Positions 43,653 to 53,664 of a stretch of 64,000 nucleotides of DNA are shown here, one piece after another. Within the stretch, counting starts at the first letter, position 1; each line of letters begins with the position of its first letter. A program made the position numbers and the translations under genes. The notes beneath the pieces were generated by a model, which was given only the letters and a program-made list of their open reading frames with translations, ran no database searches and was not told the DNA's origin. Source of the stretch: an uncultured Actinomycetes bacterium (GTDB lineage: Bacteria > Actinomycetota > Thermoleophilia > RBG-16-64-13); the NCBI GenBank assembly GCA_963706025.1, contig CAVPLM010000005.1:608001-672000 (forward strand), read 5' to 3'.

Positions 43653-44147
43653 CTACCAGAAGGCGACCATGCCCAGGATGTGGTAGAAGAACACCCCCAC
43701 GAAGACCACCAGCATCACCAGTGCTACTTCAAGAGCGCTGCGAAAGCGCCGGAGCCGCCAGATCACCAGACTGGTCGCGAGAACGGCGGCGATCTTGAAG
43801 AGACCCGCATAGGCCGGGTTCAACTCAAACAGCGAACGCATGATCGGGTTGGCTTCGCCCCCTCCCATGGCCAGTACGTTCACCGTGAGCAAGAAATCGG
43901 CAAGGTTCAGCATGTTCACGGTCAGCAGGATGACCCGCAGGGTCGCCGGGCGGTCTCTAAGTCCGGTCAGAACGCCCTCGAAGGCCACAGTCGCCCTGCC
44001 CGAGGAGGCTGATCCCCGCCGCTCGAAGCCGCTCCTGCGCTCGGGCCAGACCAGACTGACGCGGCGCCGGCGACGGTCGCCCTCGCGACGCTCGCCCTGG
44101 CGCCGGGCGTTCGACTCTGAGTCGATTGTAGCCCTCATCTTGCCCAT
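43653..44147 (-). CDS. DUF5658-like membrane protein
   Basis: LNLADFLLT...GGEANPIM...FK pattern; N-terminal ERR/DRR repeats. Confidence 0.7.
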   Translation of the reverse strand: MGKMRATIDSESNARRQGERREGDRRRRRVSLVWPERRSGFERRGSASSGRATVAFEGVLTGLRDRPATLRVILLTVNMLNLADFLLTVNVLAMGGGEANPIMRSLFELNPAYAGLFKIAAVLATSLVIWRLRRFRSALEVALVMLVVFVGVFFYHILGMVAFW

Positions 44148-44168
44148 GTGTAGAATAGTATAGCGGCA

Positions 44169-45476
44169 TCAGTCTGGAATGGATACCCCCACAGGGCCTT
44201 CGCTATTCTCCGCTGCCTGGAGGCTGAGACGGTTCCACTCTCTGTAGAGGATGGGCGCCGCGAAGACCAGGCCCAGCAGTGACACAATGCCGGCCACGCT
44301 GATCACGTACCCGGACAGATGCACGTAGAGTATCGGTGCCACCAGAGTGCCGATCAGCGCTGCAAGCTGCACGAAAGTCTGTTCCAAGCCCTGCACGCTT
44401 CCCAGCCATCGAGGCGGCACCACCTGCACCATGAAACCTTGCTTGGCCGGGTAGGACCAGGCCACCGCAAAGCCTTCGATCACATTCACCGTAAGAAAAA
44501 GGATCATGTTGGTGGTGGACCCGTACAGAATCCAGGCCAACGCTGAGACCGTGTACCCAGAGAACATGAGCACCCAGCGGTTGTAGCGATCGGCCAGATA
44601 CCCGCCGACCCAGGACAGCAGCATGGGCGCGCTGAACGCGATCCAGGTCAGGCCGATGAAGCGCACCGACGCCCCCAGCTGGCGAAGCCACAGACTCCAT
44701 AGGACCTCGAAGACTCCCATGGCGAAATGCCCTGTGGTCGCCACCACGATGAAGGCCAGCACCGGCCGGGTGACCAACCGCCTGTAGGACGGACGCTTGA
44801 CCTTCACGGCCCGGCGGCGGCGGGCGTGCTCGGGCTCCTTGATGGTGAAGAAGAGCACCACCGCCGTGATGGCCGACAGCACGCTGCCGAACAGGAAGAT
44901 CGCGTAGAAGGCCCATTTCCCCTCGCCGCCGCCCAGGCTATACAGAGGCCAGGCCAAGACCGGTCCTGCCACGAGCCCCCCGAACTGGGCGGTCGTCAGC
45001 CAGCCGTAGGCCCGGCTCCGCGTCTCCTCGGTGGAGAGGTCCGCCACCAGGGCCTGCCCGGCCGGGGTCACGGCCGCAGCCCCCACCCCTTCCAAGAATC
45101 TGAAGAAGATGAACCACGCCGGGTGCGTAGTGGTCACGAACAGAGCGGTGGCCACCGCGTACAGTGCCACCCCACCGACGATCACCGGTTTGCGCCCCAC
45201 CGAATCGCTCAGACGGCCAAAGGGAGCGGAGAACAAGAACGTACCCACGTAATAGGCGGCGGCCACCACGCCTATCAGCCACACCGGGGCCAAGGCCTGC
45301 TCCTGGAGGAACACCGGCAGGTAGGGCAAGATGGCGCCGAAACCCAGCCAGACGACCAGGCTGGCGGCGCATATCACGCCGAGCTGGAACCAATGGGTCC
45401 GCGCCGGGCCGGCGCCCGGATCGCTCGGGTCTCTATTCGGGACAGGGTCCGACTGACTTGCCACAACCGTGCTCAT
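44169..45476 (-). CDS. MFS transporter (drug:H+ antiporter-like)
   Basis: About 12 hydrophobic segments, motif A GRLSDSVGRK and RFLEGVG. Confidence 0.93.
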   Translation of the reverse strand: MSTVVASQSDPVPNRDPSDPGAGPARTHWFQLGVICAASLVVWLGFGAILPYLPVFLQEQALAPVWLIGVVAAAYYVGTFLFSAPFGRLSDSVGRKPVIVGGVALYAVATALFVTTTHPAWFIFFRFLEGVGAAAVTPAGQALVADLSTEETRSRAYGWLTTAQFGGLVAGPVLAWPLYSLGGGEGKWAFYAIFLFGSVLSAITAVVLFFTIKEPEHARRRRAVKVKRPSYRRLVTRPVLAFIVVATTGHFAMGVFEVLWSLWLRQLGASVRFIGLTWIAFSAPMLLSWVGGYLADRYNRWVLMFSGYTVSALAWILYGSTTNMILFLTVNVIEGFAVAWSYPAKQGFMVQVVPPRWLGSVQGLEQTFVQLAALIGTLVAPILYVHLSGYVISVAGIVSLLGLVFAAPILYREWNRLSLQAAENSEGPVGVSIPD

Positions 45477-45576
45477 GTGGGAACTTTGGGTACGATCTAC
45501 ACCACAAGATCGCGCAGCGCGCGCAGTCACACAGGCTATCACTTTGTGGCCGGTCATCGAATCAGCGGGAGGAAAG

Positions 45577-46422
45577 ATGGTCGAGCATCCGGGACGGGCC
45601 TTCCAAGAGAAGACGGCCTACCACCGGTACTCCATGGAGCAACACGAACTCGATTGGCGGAGCAAACCGCCCATCTACAAGTTCTACCCCCACGCCCCGG
45701 TGATCAGCCTGCCGTCTCCTGCCGCGAACCTAGATCAAGACCGGGCCCCCGACCTCTGGACATGTGTCAGCCGGAGGCGCAGCGTACGGGCCTTCGGCAC
45801 CGCCCCGCTGACTCTTCTCGACCTGTCCCGTCTCCTCTGGGCCTCAGCCGGCGTGACCACATCCTTCATCACCCCGCACGGGCAGGACTTCTATCGAGCC
45901 GCCCCAACTGCCGGGGCCCTCTATCCCATCGAGACCTACGTGGTCGCCAACAACGTGGAGGACCTTGAGCCGGGCCTCTATCACTACCGCGTCACCGGCG
46001 TCGACATCCTCGAGCGCCCCATCGTAGAGGGCAGCCACGCGTTGGAGCAGCTCAAGACCGGAGACTTGAGGAGCCAGATCGCGGCCGCGGCGCTTGATCA
46101 GCCTATGTGCGGGAAAGCCGGAGCCGTCCTCGTTTGGACGGCAGTATTCGCGCGCAGCGAGTGGAAGTATAGGGAGCGCGCCTATCGCTACTTCTATCTC
46201 GATGCCGGTCACATCGCCGCCCACCTGTCGCTGGCGGCAGTCGCGCAAGGATTGGGCAGCTGCCCCGTCGCAGCGTTCTTCGACGACGAGGTCAACGCTC
46301 TCGTGGGCATCGACGGACGCACCGAGGGCGTCGTCTATATGGCCGCGGTGGGAAGACCTAGCAGGCCCTTCTTCGGCGGTGGTCGGGTCGACCTGCGTCA
46401 TACCGCCCGGCCGAAAGAATAG
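45577..46422 (+). CDS. SagB/ThcOx family nitroreductase-fold dehydrogenase
   Basis: RRRSVR, RAAPTAGALYPIETY and KYRERAYRY...DAGH. Confidence 0.92.
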   Translation: MVEHPGRAFQEKTAYHRYSMEQHELDWRSKPPIYKFYPHAPVISLPSPAANLDQDRAPDLWTCVSRRRSVRAFGTAPLTLLDLSRLLWASAGVTTSFITPHGQDFYRAAPTAGALYPIETYVVANNVEDLEPGLYHYRVTGVDILERPIVEGSHALEQLKTGDLRSQIAAAALDQPMCGKAGAVLVWTAVFARSEWKYRERAYRYFYLDAGHIAAHLSLAAVAQGLGSCPVAAFFDDEVNALVGIDGRTEGVVYMAAVGRPSRPFFGGGRVDLRHTARPKE

Positions 46423-46451
46423 GTCGGACTGCGAGCGGCCGGCGCCGGTTC

Positions 46452-46940
46452 CTAAGTATCCGGGGACCGCCTGCGGCTGAAGTACTCGATCTCAGGGTCG
46501 TGCACATATCCGATGGCGCGGAAAAAGCGCAGCGAGCCCTCGTTGGGCGTCTCGATGAGAGCTGCGATGATCTCGAGGCCGAGTGCCTCCAGCCGAGCTT
46601 CGACCTCGCGTACCAGCAGGCGGGCGATCCCCAGGCGCTGAACCTCCGGAGCCACGGCCAACCGGTTGATCCACCCTTTCCGGCCATCGTGGGTGCCGAG
46701 GACCGTACCGACGAGTCTGCCCCCCATCTCGGCCACGAGAAACACCGATCTGTCCGCCCTCAATTCCGCGGCCACCCTCTCGCGGCTGTCCCGTCCCTGG
46801 GGACGGAACGGCAGACCGGCCTTCGACCAGAGCGAAAGCACCGAGTCGTAGTCTTCGATCCGGAGCTCACGGACGGTTATGTCCGGCTTTCCCGCCGCGG
46901 TCGCCATCTCCCGGGGCCTCTCTTTCGTCTGGGCCTGCAT
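46452..46940 (-). CDS. GNAT family N-acetyltransferase
   Basis: HDGRKGWINRLAVAPEVQRLGIA and FFRAIGY. Confidence 0.92.
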   Translation of the reverse strand: MQAQTKERPREMATAAGKPDITVRELRIEDYDSVLSLWSKAGLPFRPQGRDSRERVAAELRADRSVFLVAEMGGRLVGTVLGTHDGRKGWINRLAVAPEVQRLGIARLLVREVEARLEALGLEIIAALIETPNEGSLRFFRAIGYVHDPEIEYFSRRRSPDT

Positions 46941-47143
46941 TCACGCTTGTCCTGCGGTCGCGCAGGGCTCTCGGTTACCCTCCATTGTGCGACCAGAAGG
47001 CGAGCTTCGCAAACAGACTTGCGGCGCCCAGGCCTCCCGGTGCTGACCTTGCCGTTTCGGCAAGACCGTCCCCTGCTATTGACTTTTAGCGACGCTTTCT
47101 GTCACATTGATCCGCAGAGCGCCCGCGACCCTCGGGAGCAGCC

Positions 47144-47636
47144 ATGGCCTTTGGCTTAGATGCCGTCGATCGCCGCATCCTGGCCCTGCTCGTGGAAGAC
47201 GGCCGTATGCCGGCCGCTGAGATAGCGCGCCGCATCGGCCGACGTCTCCGAGCGCTCGGTCCGTTACCGCATCGATCGTTTGCAGCGCCTCGGAGTGGTG
47301 CGTATCTCGGCGATCGTCAATCCCCTGCCGCTCGGCTACACAACCATCGGCGACGTGGCGATCGACGTGGCTCCCGGTTGCCTGCAGGACGTGGCCGCCC
47401 ACCTCGTCGACCTCGACCAGGTGAGCTACGTGGCCGGGTCGGTCGGCGATGGCGACCTGGTAGTCCAGGTCTACGCCCGCGACCCGGAAGAGCTGGTGCG
47501 CCTCGTCAACGAGGTCATCGGTGCCATCTCCGGAGTGACCCGGGTGCGCACGAATATCGTGCCGTGGAAGCTCAAGGAAGTGTGCGATTGGCACGTCCCG
47601 GCGGAGCTCGCCGAGGAAGGGGCGGCGATGGTCTGA
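47144..47636 (+). CDS. Lrp/AsnC family transcriptional regulator, frameshift near 47240
   Basis: LDAVDRRILALLVEDGRMPAAEIARRIG, then VSERSVRYRIDRL...VGDGDL in the next frame. Confidence 0.9.
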
Positions 47637-47714
47637 GCAGGCGGGTCCGGTCAACCTGAATCGGGCGCGGAATGAGCCAACATGTGCTTCCGCGCCAAGT
47701 CCATGGGGGTGAAC

Positions 47715-49365
47715 ATGCAAGGGCAAGGAGAGGGCGAGATAGCATTCGCGCGAAAGGCCAGCGGACTCGTCCGCGGTCTGAGCATGTGGGACGCCTTTGG
47801 CGTCGGCTTCATGAACCAGGGGCTGACTCCCAGCATCTGGGTCATGGTCAGCCTGGGTCTGGGCGTGTATCTGGGTGGCAACCTGATCATCGCCACCATC
47901 ATCTCTTTGGTGCTCGCCGGTATCGGCTTCCCGCTGGTATGGGGCATCCTGGGCGGGTCCATGCCCCGGTCCGGGGGCGAGTACATCTACAACTCGAGGA
48001 TCATCCACCCCCTGATAGGTATCGGGGAATCGTTCGGTAACGCGTTCATCTGGCTCATGTGGATCTACGTCCTGGCCCCGTGGATGGCCGACCCGGGATC
48101 CATCATGCTTTCGGAGTTCATGGGCTGGACCTGGCTCTATGACTCCGCCAGCGAGACGTTCTTCGGCGGCCTCTCCTACGCGTGGGGCTCGTTCGTCATC
48201 GCCACCATCGCCAGCATCATCGCGTTCTTCTTCGTCGTCTTCGGGATCAAGGTCTTCGCCCGGGTGCAGAAGGTGGTCATGGGCGTCGGTATCCTCGGGG
48301 CTATCGTCATAATCATCGTGCTACTTTGGTACAGCAAGGCGGACTTCATCGCCTCCTGGAACAGCCTGGCGGCGGAATACGGGTCGCTGAACTACGATGA
48401 CTTCATCGCGGCCGCCAGCACCGCGGCCGGCACCGAGATGCCGACGACCTGGAACTGGTACGACACCTTCGGGGTGATGGTCGCGGGCTCGTGGCTCTTC
48501 GCCTACTCGTACTGCATCACGTTCATCGCCGGCGAGGTGAAGCGACCGGATAAGAGCATCATCCTGTCGAACCTCTTCGCCATCGTCGTCCCGGCGATTT
48601 TCATGATCCTCACGGCGATCGGCCTGTACACCCTGGTCGACTTCAACTTCCTTTCCGCCTCGGCCTGGGTGGACAACGCCGGGACCGACGCGATAGAGGG
48701 CTACAACATGCCCTGGAGTCCGCACTTCGTAGGGCTGGCTGCGGTCGTGAATTCGAACCCGGTGATACTGTTCCTCATGGCCTTCTCGTTCCTGCTCTTC
48801 ACTCTGTGGTGGGTTGCCCTGTCGTACCTGGCCTTCCCGCGCATCATCTTCGCGTGGGGCATGGACCGCATGGGTCCCAAATGGTTCACGGACGTGAACG
48901 CGCGCTTCGCTTCCCCGATCAAGAACTACATTTTGTGCTTCTTCATCGCCGAGCTCCTCATCGCGCTCTATGTTTTCTGGCTGAACGAGCCCATGCAGGG
49001 CCTGTCGGTGACCGCCCTCGAGATCTTCTCGGTGTTCGGCGTCACCGCCATCGCGGCCGCCATCTTCCCCTTCTCCAAACGCGCCAAGCATATCTGGGAG
49101 GCTTCACCGTACCGGAAGTGGAACCTGCTCGGAGTGCCCGCGGTGACGTTGGGGGCAGTGGTCAATATCGCCTACTTGGCGATCCTGGCCGTCTTCTTCT
49201 TCTTCCAGCCCACCAATCTGGAAGGGTTCACCCTCACGACCGGGATGCTGATTCTCGCGACCTGGGCGCTCGGTCTCATCTGGTACTGGTTCTGGAGTTG
49301 GCGGGTGAAGAAGACCGCCGGCATCAGCACCAGCTATGCTTACTGGGGAGCTGCCACCTGAGTGA
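47715..49365 (+). CDS. APC-superfamily amino acid/amine permease
   Basis: FARKASGLVR, MPRSGGEYIYNSR, AGEVK and RIIFAWGMDR; a frame change near 49345 gives a GELPPE* ending. Confidence 0.9.
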
Positions 49366-49410
49366 TCTGTCGGTTTGATGCGGCCGAGCATGACCGGGCC
49401 GCGACAACGG

Positions 49411-49437
49411 GGTCGCCGCCGCTTCGCGGCGGCGACC
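49411..49437. other. Intercistronic GC hairpin without U tract
   Basis: GGTCGCCGCCGC-TTC-GCGGCGGCGACC, a perfect 12-bp stem. Confidence 0.6.
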
Positions 49438-49508
49438 TCCGCATATGCCGGCCGCCGAGCGCGGGGATCTACGCACCCAGGCCTCGAGCAGCCGGAGAAG
49501 GAGTGATC

Positions 49509-50453
49509 GTGCTCAAGCTGTTCTACGTTACCGATATCCACGGATCGAACGTCTGCTACCGGAAGTTTCTGAACGCGCTGCCCATATACGGGGTGGACAT
49601 AGCCATTCTGAACGGCGATCTTTTGGGCAAGGTGCTCATCCCTCTGGTGGAGAAGGCAGGCGGAGGACGTGAATGCCATCTCATGGGCCAGTACACCGAG
49701 ATGAACTCGGCCGAGGAAGTGGCGGCGACAAAGAAGACCATCGAAAACGCCGGCTACTACTGGTCCGAGCAGACTCGGGAAGAGTACGACGCCATCAGGG
49801 CCGACCCGACGGCGATAGACAAGCTGTTCAAGAAGCGGGCGATCGAGCGTATCGAGGAGTGGCTGGAACTGGCGGACGAGCGCCTGGCCGGCAAGAGCCA
49901 TGTGGTCTACATCTGCCCGGGCAACGACGACTGGTGGGAGATCGACGACATGATCGCCCAGTCCAAGTCGCTGCGACCCTGCGACGACATGATCGTCGAG
50001 TTCGACGACTATCGGATGGTGTCGTCCTCGCGCTCCAACCCCACCCCATGGGACACGCCGCGAGAAGGGCCAGAAGAAGAGCTGACAGAATACCTCGAGA
50101 GCTTGTGCCAGAGAGTGGGCACCTCGCCCAAGGACTTCGAGAACGTGATCTTCAACTTCCACGTGCCCCCCTACGGCTACTCGCTCGATCTCTGTCCCAA
50201 GCTCGATGCGAACATGCGCATGGCGGCGGAGGAGAAGATCCACGCGGGCAGCGTTGGAGCCAAGCAGGTGATAGAAAAGTACCAGCCTCTCCTGGGATTG
50301 CACGGCCATATCCACGAATCCCGCGGCGCCCAGAAGGCCGGCCGCACCCTCATGATCAATCCTGGGAGCGAGTACTCCGAGGGAATCCTCAAAGGCGTCG
50401 TGGTGATGCTGGACAAGAAGAAGATCACAGACTACGTCTTCACCTCGGGCTAG
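49509..50453 (+). CDS. Icc-related metallophosphoesterase
   Basis: TDIHGS, NGDLLGK, PGNDD, FHVPP and LHGHIHE. Confidence 0.9.
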   Translation: MLKLFYVTDIHGSNVCYRKFLNALPIYGVDIAILNGDLLGKVLIPLVEKAGGGRECHLMGQYTEMNSAEEVAATKKTIENAGYYWSEQTREEYDAIRADPTAIDKLFKKRAIERIEEWLELADERLAGKSHVVYICPGNDDWWEIDDMIAQSKSLRPCDDMIVEFDDYRMVSSSRSNPTPWDTPREGPEEELTEYLESLCQRVGTSPKDFENVIFNFHVPPYGYSLDLCPKLDANMRMAAEEKIHAGSVGAKQVIEKYQPLLGLHGHIHESRGAQKAGRTLMINPGSEYSEGILKGVVVMLDKKKITDYVFTSG

Positions 50454-50465
50454 AAGGAGCTGACC

Positions 50466-51276
50466 ATGCCCAAACCGTTCATCCTTCCCAAAGACATCCC
50501 CATGGATCGGTATCCGGGGCCCCAGGTATTCCTCTCTGAGGGCCGGCGGATCGTCGACGCGGCTCGCGACGCCGGCTTCGCCATGAGGGTGATGGGGCCG
50601 CTCGCGCTCCACTACTACTTCCCCGAGCAGGTGGAGCTATACGCGCGGCTCGAACGGTTGGGGGAACGTTACTTCACCGACATCGACTTCGTCGCCTACA
50701 GCAAGGCCGGGGGGAAACTGAAGGGTTTCATGGAGAAGCTGGGCTACGACTGCGACGTCAACACCCTGATGACGACCGGCAAGACCCGTCAGATCTACTA
50801 CGGCGGAGCCGTGCCCATGATCGATGTCTTCCTGGACAAGCTCGACTACTGTCATGAGGTCAACTTCAGAGGCCGGTTGGAGTTCGACGAGTACTGCATC
50901 TCCCTCACCGACATCACCCTGCAGAAGCTCCAGATCTGGGAGATAAACGACAAGGACCTCAAAGACCTGGAGTTCCTTTTCACGGTGGCGGACGTCGGCG
51001 ACGATGAGGCGCAAGAAGATCAACCGCTCCTATGTCTCCAAGCGCCTGGCCGACGACTGGGGCTTTTGGTACACGGCCACCACCAACCTCGGCCGGGTGA
51101 AGGCCCACGTCGAGGGAGTGGACGTGCTGGACGATGCCCAGAAGGCACACGTCAAGCAGCGCTGCGACGACTTCCTGGCCCGCATCGAGGAGGAGCCCAA
51201 GACCAAGGACTGGCAGAAGCGCGCCAAGAAGGGCACGGACAAGATCTGGTACAACACGAGCTTCTCGGACTGGTAG
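50466..51276 (+). CDS. Uncharacterised protein with nucleotidyltransferase-like motifs, frameshift near 51010
   Basis: MRVMGPLA...FTDIDF...MIDVF (hG..., DxD and third Asp pattern); continues INRSYVSKRLADDWGFWYT in ORF 51004..51276; AAGGAG RBS. Confidence 0.65.
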
Positions 51277-51339
51277 AGGGCGGCGCGCGGCTGCCTTCTA
51301 CCTGCGCCGCGGTTGCTCACGTCGACCCCTTGATCGGGT

Positions 51340-51364
51340 AGGGGCCGGGCTCACCCCGGCCCCT
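51340..51364. terminator. GC hairpin between convergent genes (terminator-like or GTAG-type REP-like)
   Basis: AGGGGCCGGG-CTCAC-CCCGGCCCCT, preceded by GT so the element starts GTAG. Confidence 0.5.
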
Positions 51365-51418
51365 CCCACACCACCGGACATGCGGGCCGCGCATCCGGCG
51401 GTTCGCCGAGCATCCCCA

Positions 51419-51451
51419 CCTCACTCCGTCCTCACTCCGTCCTCACTCCAT
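51419..51451. repeat. Three 11-bp tandem repeats overlapping a stop codon
   Basis: CCTCACTCC(G/A)T three times. Confidence 0.8.
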
Positions 51452-51982
51452 CTTCTCGATCCAACCTGTCCACGCCGATCTAGAGGAAGGGGGCTCCATG
51501 GCTTCGTAGATGTTGTACAAGTGCTCCAGCACGCGAAGCGTGTAGCCTTCGTATTCACCTGTGCCCTGGGCCTGGTTGAAGACGTACTGCTCTACGTACC
51601 CGCTGCTGACGGCCCCGGTCCACTTGTCGCACACCCAGCTTCCCTTGTCGTTGGTGATGACACTGGACCCCCACAAGGTGGCGCTCTGGTCCGAACGGAG
51701 ATCCAAGTTGAACGTGACCTCAATGGTCCCGCTGACCCTGGGATCGGAGGCCTCGACCGTGGCTGTAAGCTTCCCGTCCCGGTACTCAGTGACGTCGCCC
51801 ACCACGGTCGCGGTGGCCTCCTGCGCCCCGGTATACATGGCGTTTCCGACGAAGGGCTCCAATCCCGAGAGCACTGCGCCTTCTGTCGATGATGCCTGGT
51901 CCCCGCATCCAGCCCAGGCCAGCGCCCCGGCCAGCAGCAGGAAAGCGGTGATCAGTACGCATGTGGTCTTTGCCCCACTCAT
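51443..51982 (-). CDS. Predicted lipoprotein with a beta-rich domain of unknown function
   Basis: Signal peptide ending LAWAGC (lipobox-like); AAGGAG RBS; paralogous to the C-terminal domain of the upstream gene. Confidence 0.8.
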   Translation of the reverse strand: MSGAKTTCVLITAFLLLAGALAWAGCGDQASSTEGAVLSGLEPFVGNAMYTGAQEATATVVGDVTEYRDGKLTATVEASDPRVSGTIEVTFNLDLRSDQSATLWGSSVITNDKGSWVCDKWTGAVSSGYVEQYVFNQAQGTGEYEGYTLRVLEHLYNIYEAMEPPSSRSAWTGWIEKME

Positions 51983-52036
51983 GACCCTGTCTCCTTCTTC
52001 ACAGCACGTTTCTCTGCCCGTTTCCTCTTTCGGTCT

Positions 52037-52801
52037 TCAGTCGGCCGACTGGATCCAACCCGTGATGGAACCTGAAGTGGCAGGTGGAACGGCGGCAGGT
52101 GTGGTCGATCCCGACACCTGCGTGGAATGCCACAGCAGGTACAGGCGCAGCCCGTCGTATCCACCGAAGCCAAGCGCCTCTCCAAAGGAGAACTGTTCCA
52201 ACCCGTCCGCGGTGAGGACACCCTCCCAGGAGGCGCACTTCCACGTGCCCTGGTCGTTGCTCAGGACCCATGAGCCCTGGATTTCGGCGCTGCCATCCGC
52301 GCGCACCCCGATGTCAGCGGTGATCTCCAGAGTGCCGCTGATTCCCGACTGGGACATGTCCAGCTCATACACCAGCACCCGGCCGCTGATCTGGGTGGTG
52401 TAGTTGATGTCGATGGCCGGGCTGGTGACCCCCTCGTTCTTCACCTGCTCAAGCGTGGCCGTGCCCATCACCGGTACGAGTCCGGCGGCCACGGAGGTCG
52501 CTGCCCCGGTCCCCGAGGTCGCCGTTCCGCCGGCAGGCAGGGTCGAGTCGGTGATCACCAGTGCAGGCCTACCCTGCAGGTAGGTCACCGTTTCATATGC
52601 GCCATAAGCCACTCCGCCGGCAAGGACGATGGAGGCGAACACTACGGCCACGGTCCGCGCCGTCCGCGCCCTCCGCCTTCTCCTTCGCCTGCGCGGCAGC
52701 CTATCGTCGATGCGCTCGCACAGCGCGGCTTCGTCCACGTACGGAGCGTTACGCTTGAACAGGTCACTCAGAAGCATATCGGTCTCGCGTTCGTTCATCA
52801 T
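52037..52801 (-). CDS. Predicted single-pass anti-sigma factor
   Basis: ATGA-coupled to the ECF sigma gene; short helical N-terminus, RRRRRRR, one TM segment, Thr/Gly linker and a beta-rich outer domain. Confidence 0.75.
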   Translation of the reverse strand: MMNERETDMLLSDLFKRNAPYVDEAALCERIDDRLPRRRRRRRRARTARTVAVVFASIVLAGGVAYGAYETVTYLQGRPALVITDSTLPAGGTATSGTGAATSVAAGLVPVMGTATLEQVKNEGVTSPAIDINYTTQISGRVLVYELDMSQSGISGTLEITADIGVRADGSAEIQGSWVLSNDQGTWKCASWEGVLTADGLEQFSFGEALGFGGYDGLRLYLLWHSTQVSGSTTPAAVPPATSGSITGWIQSAD

Positions 52802-53340
52802 CCCGCCTCCACCAGCCCCCTGAGCGCCTCTCGCGCGCGGTGCAGATGGCTGTTCACGGCTCCTTCGGAGATGTTCATGATCCTGGCAATCTCCCCCACA
52901 GAAAGGTCGTTCAGGTAGTAGAGAGTGGCCGCGGTCCGCTGGCGCTTGGGGAGCGACCGGAAGGTCGACACGAAGTCCAGGTCCGGCGTCCACTCCACCA
53001 GCTCGTCGCCGCCGGTCTCGGGGTCGCCATGAGCGCCTTGACTTTGGGAGCCCAGGCGCTCCACCACCCGGGCGGTGCGGGACAGGAACCGGCGATAGTC
53101 TTTGCAGCGGTTGATCCCCACCCGGTAGAGCCACGCCACCGGGTCCCGGTATTCATCCACCCGGTCCCAGCGAAGGTAGAGCTGGATGAAGGCCTCCTGG
53201 GCCGCGTCCGCGGCAGCCTCCCGGTCGAGCGAGATCATGGTGAGGCTCTGGACCAAGCGGGCGCAGTGGGTCTGCATGAAGGACTCGAAACTGCCGCTCC
53301 GGGTCTTGGCACGAACGGCTGTGAGATCGACCGGTATCAC
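52798..53340 (-). CDS. ECF sigma-70 factor
   Basis: AADAAQEAF, AWLYRVGINRC, LPKRQR and SVGEIARIMNISEGAVNSHLHRAR. Confidence 0.95.
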   Translation of the reverse strand: MIPVDLTAVRAKTRSGSFESFMQTHCARLVQSLTMISLDREAAADAAQEAFIQLYLRWDRVDEYRDPVAWLYRVGINRCKDYRRFLSRTARVVERLGSQSQGAHGDPETGGDELVEWTPDLDFVSTFRSLPKRQRTAATLYYLNDLSVGEIARIMNISEGAVNSHLHRAREALRGLVEAG

Positions 53341-53435
53341 GCGCTCACCTATGACCAGAGCCGGTCTCGTGGCTCCTCCCTCGATCGTCCTAGCCTTCTA
53401 TCAAGTAAGACGTCCGAGGAGTGCTGCCGGCTTTA

Positions 53436-53507
53436 CATCGAGTATAGGCTCCAGATCGGGTACAGGCCTCGGATCGAGCGTAGACCTCAGGTCAAGTGTA
53501 GACACCA
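53436..53507. repeat. Four degenerate 18-bp tandem repeats upstream of the ECF sigma gene
   Basis: CATCGAGTATAGGCTCCA / GATCGGGTACAGGCCTCG / GATCGAGCGTAGACCTCA / GGTCAAGTGTAGACACCA. Confidence 0.6.
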
Positions 53508-53664
53508 AGGCGGGGCTGCGCGACGGCGTCGGGACCAACAAGTGAATCTCGCAGTCCATGCCCGCTGTGGCGAGATTTCCGAATGAAGTGCGGGCAGACG
53601 GAGGAGACTCCTCTATCTCGGCCTCTGGCAACAGGAGGTGGGAAAGCCTGGACGTCAGCTGGCG

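Noticed and set aside
45577-46422. RiPP (thiazole/oxazole) biosynthetic cluster around the SagB-like gene
   Set aside because: No YcaO, precursor peptide or peptidase nearby; stand-alone SagB-like nitroreductases are common.
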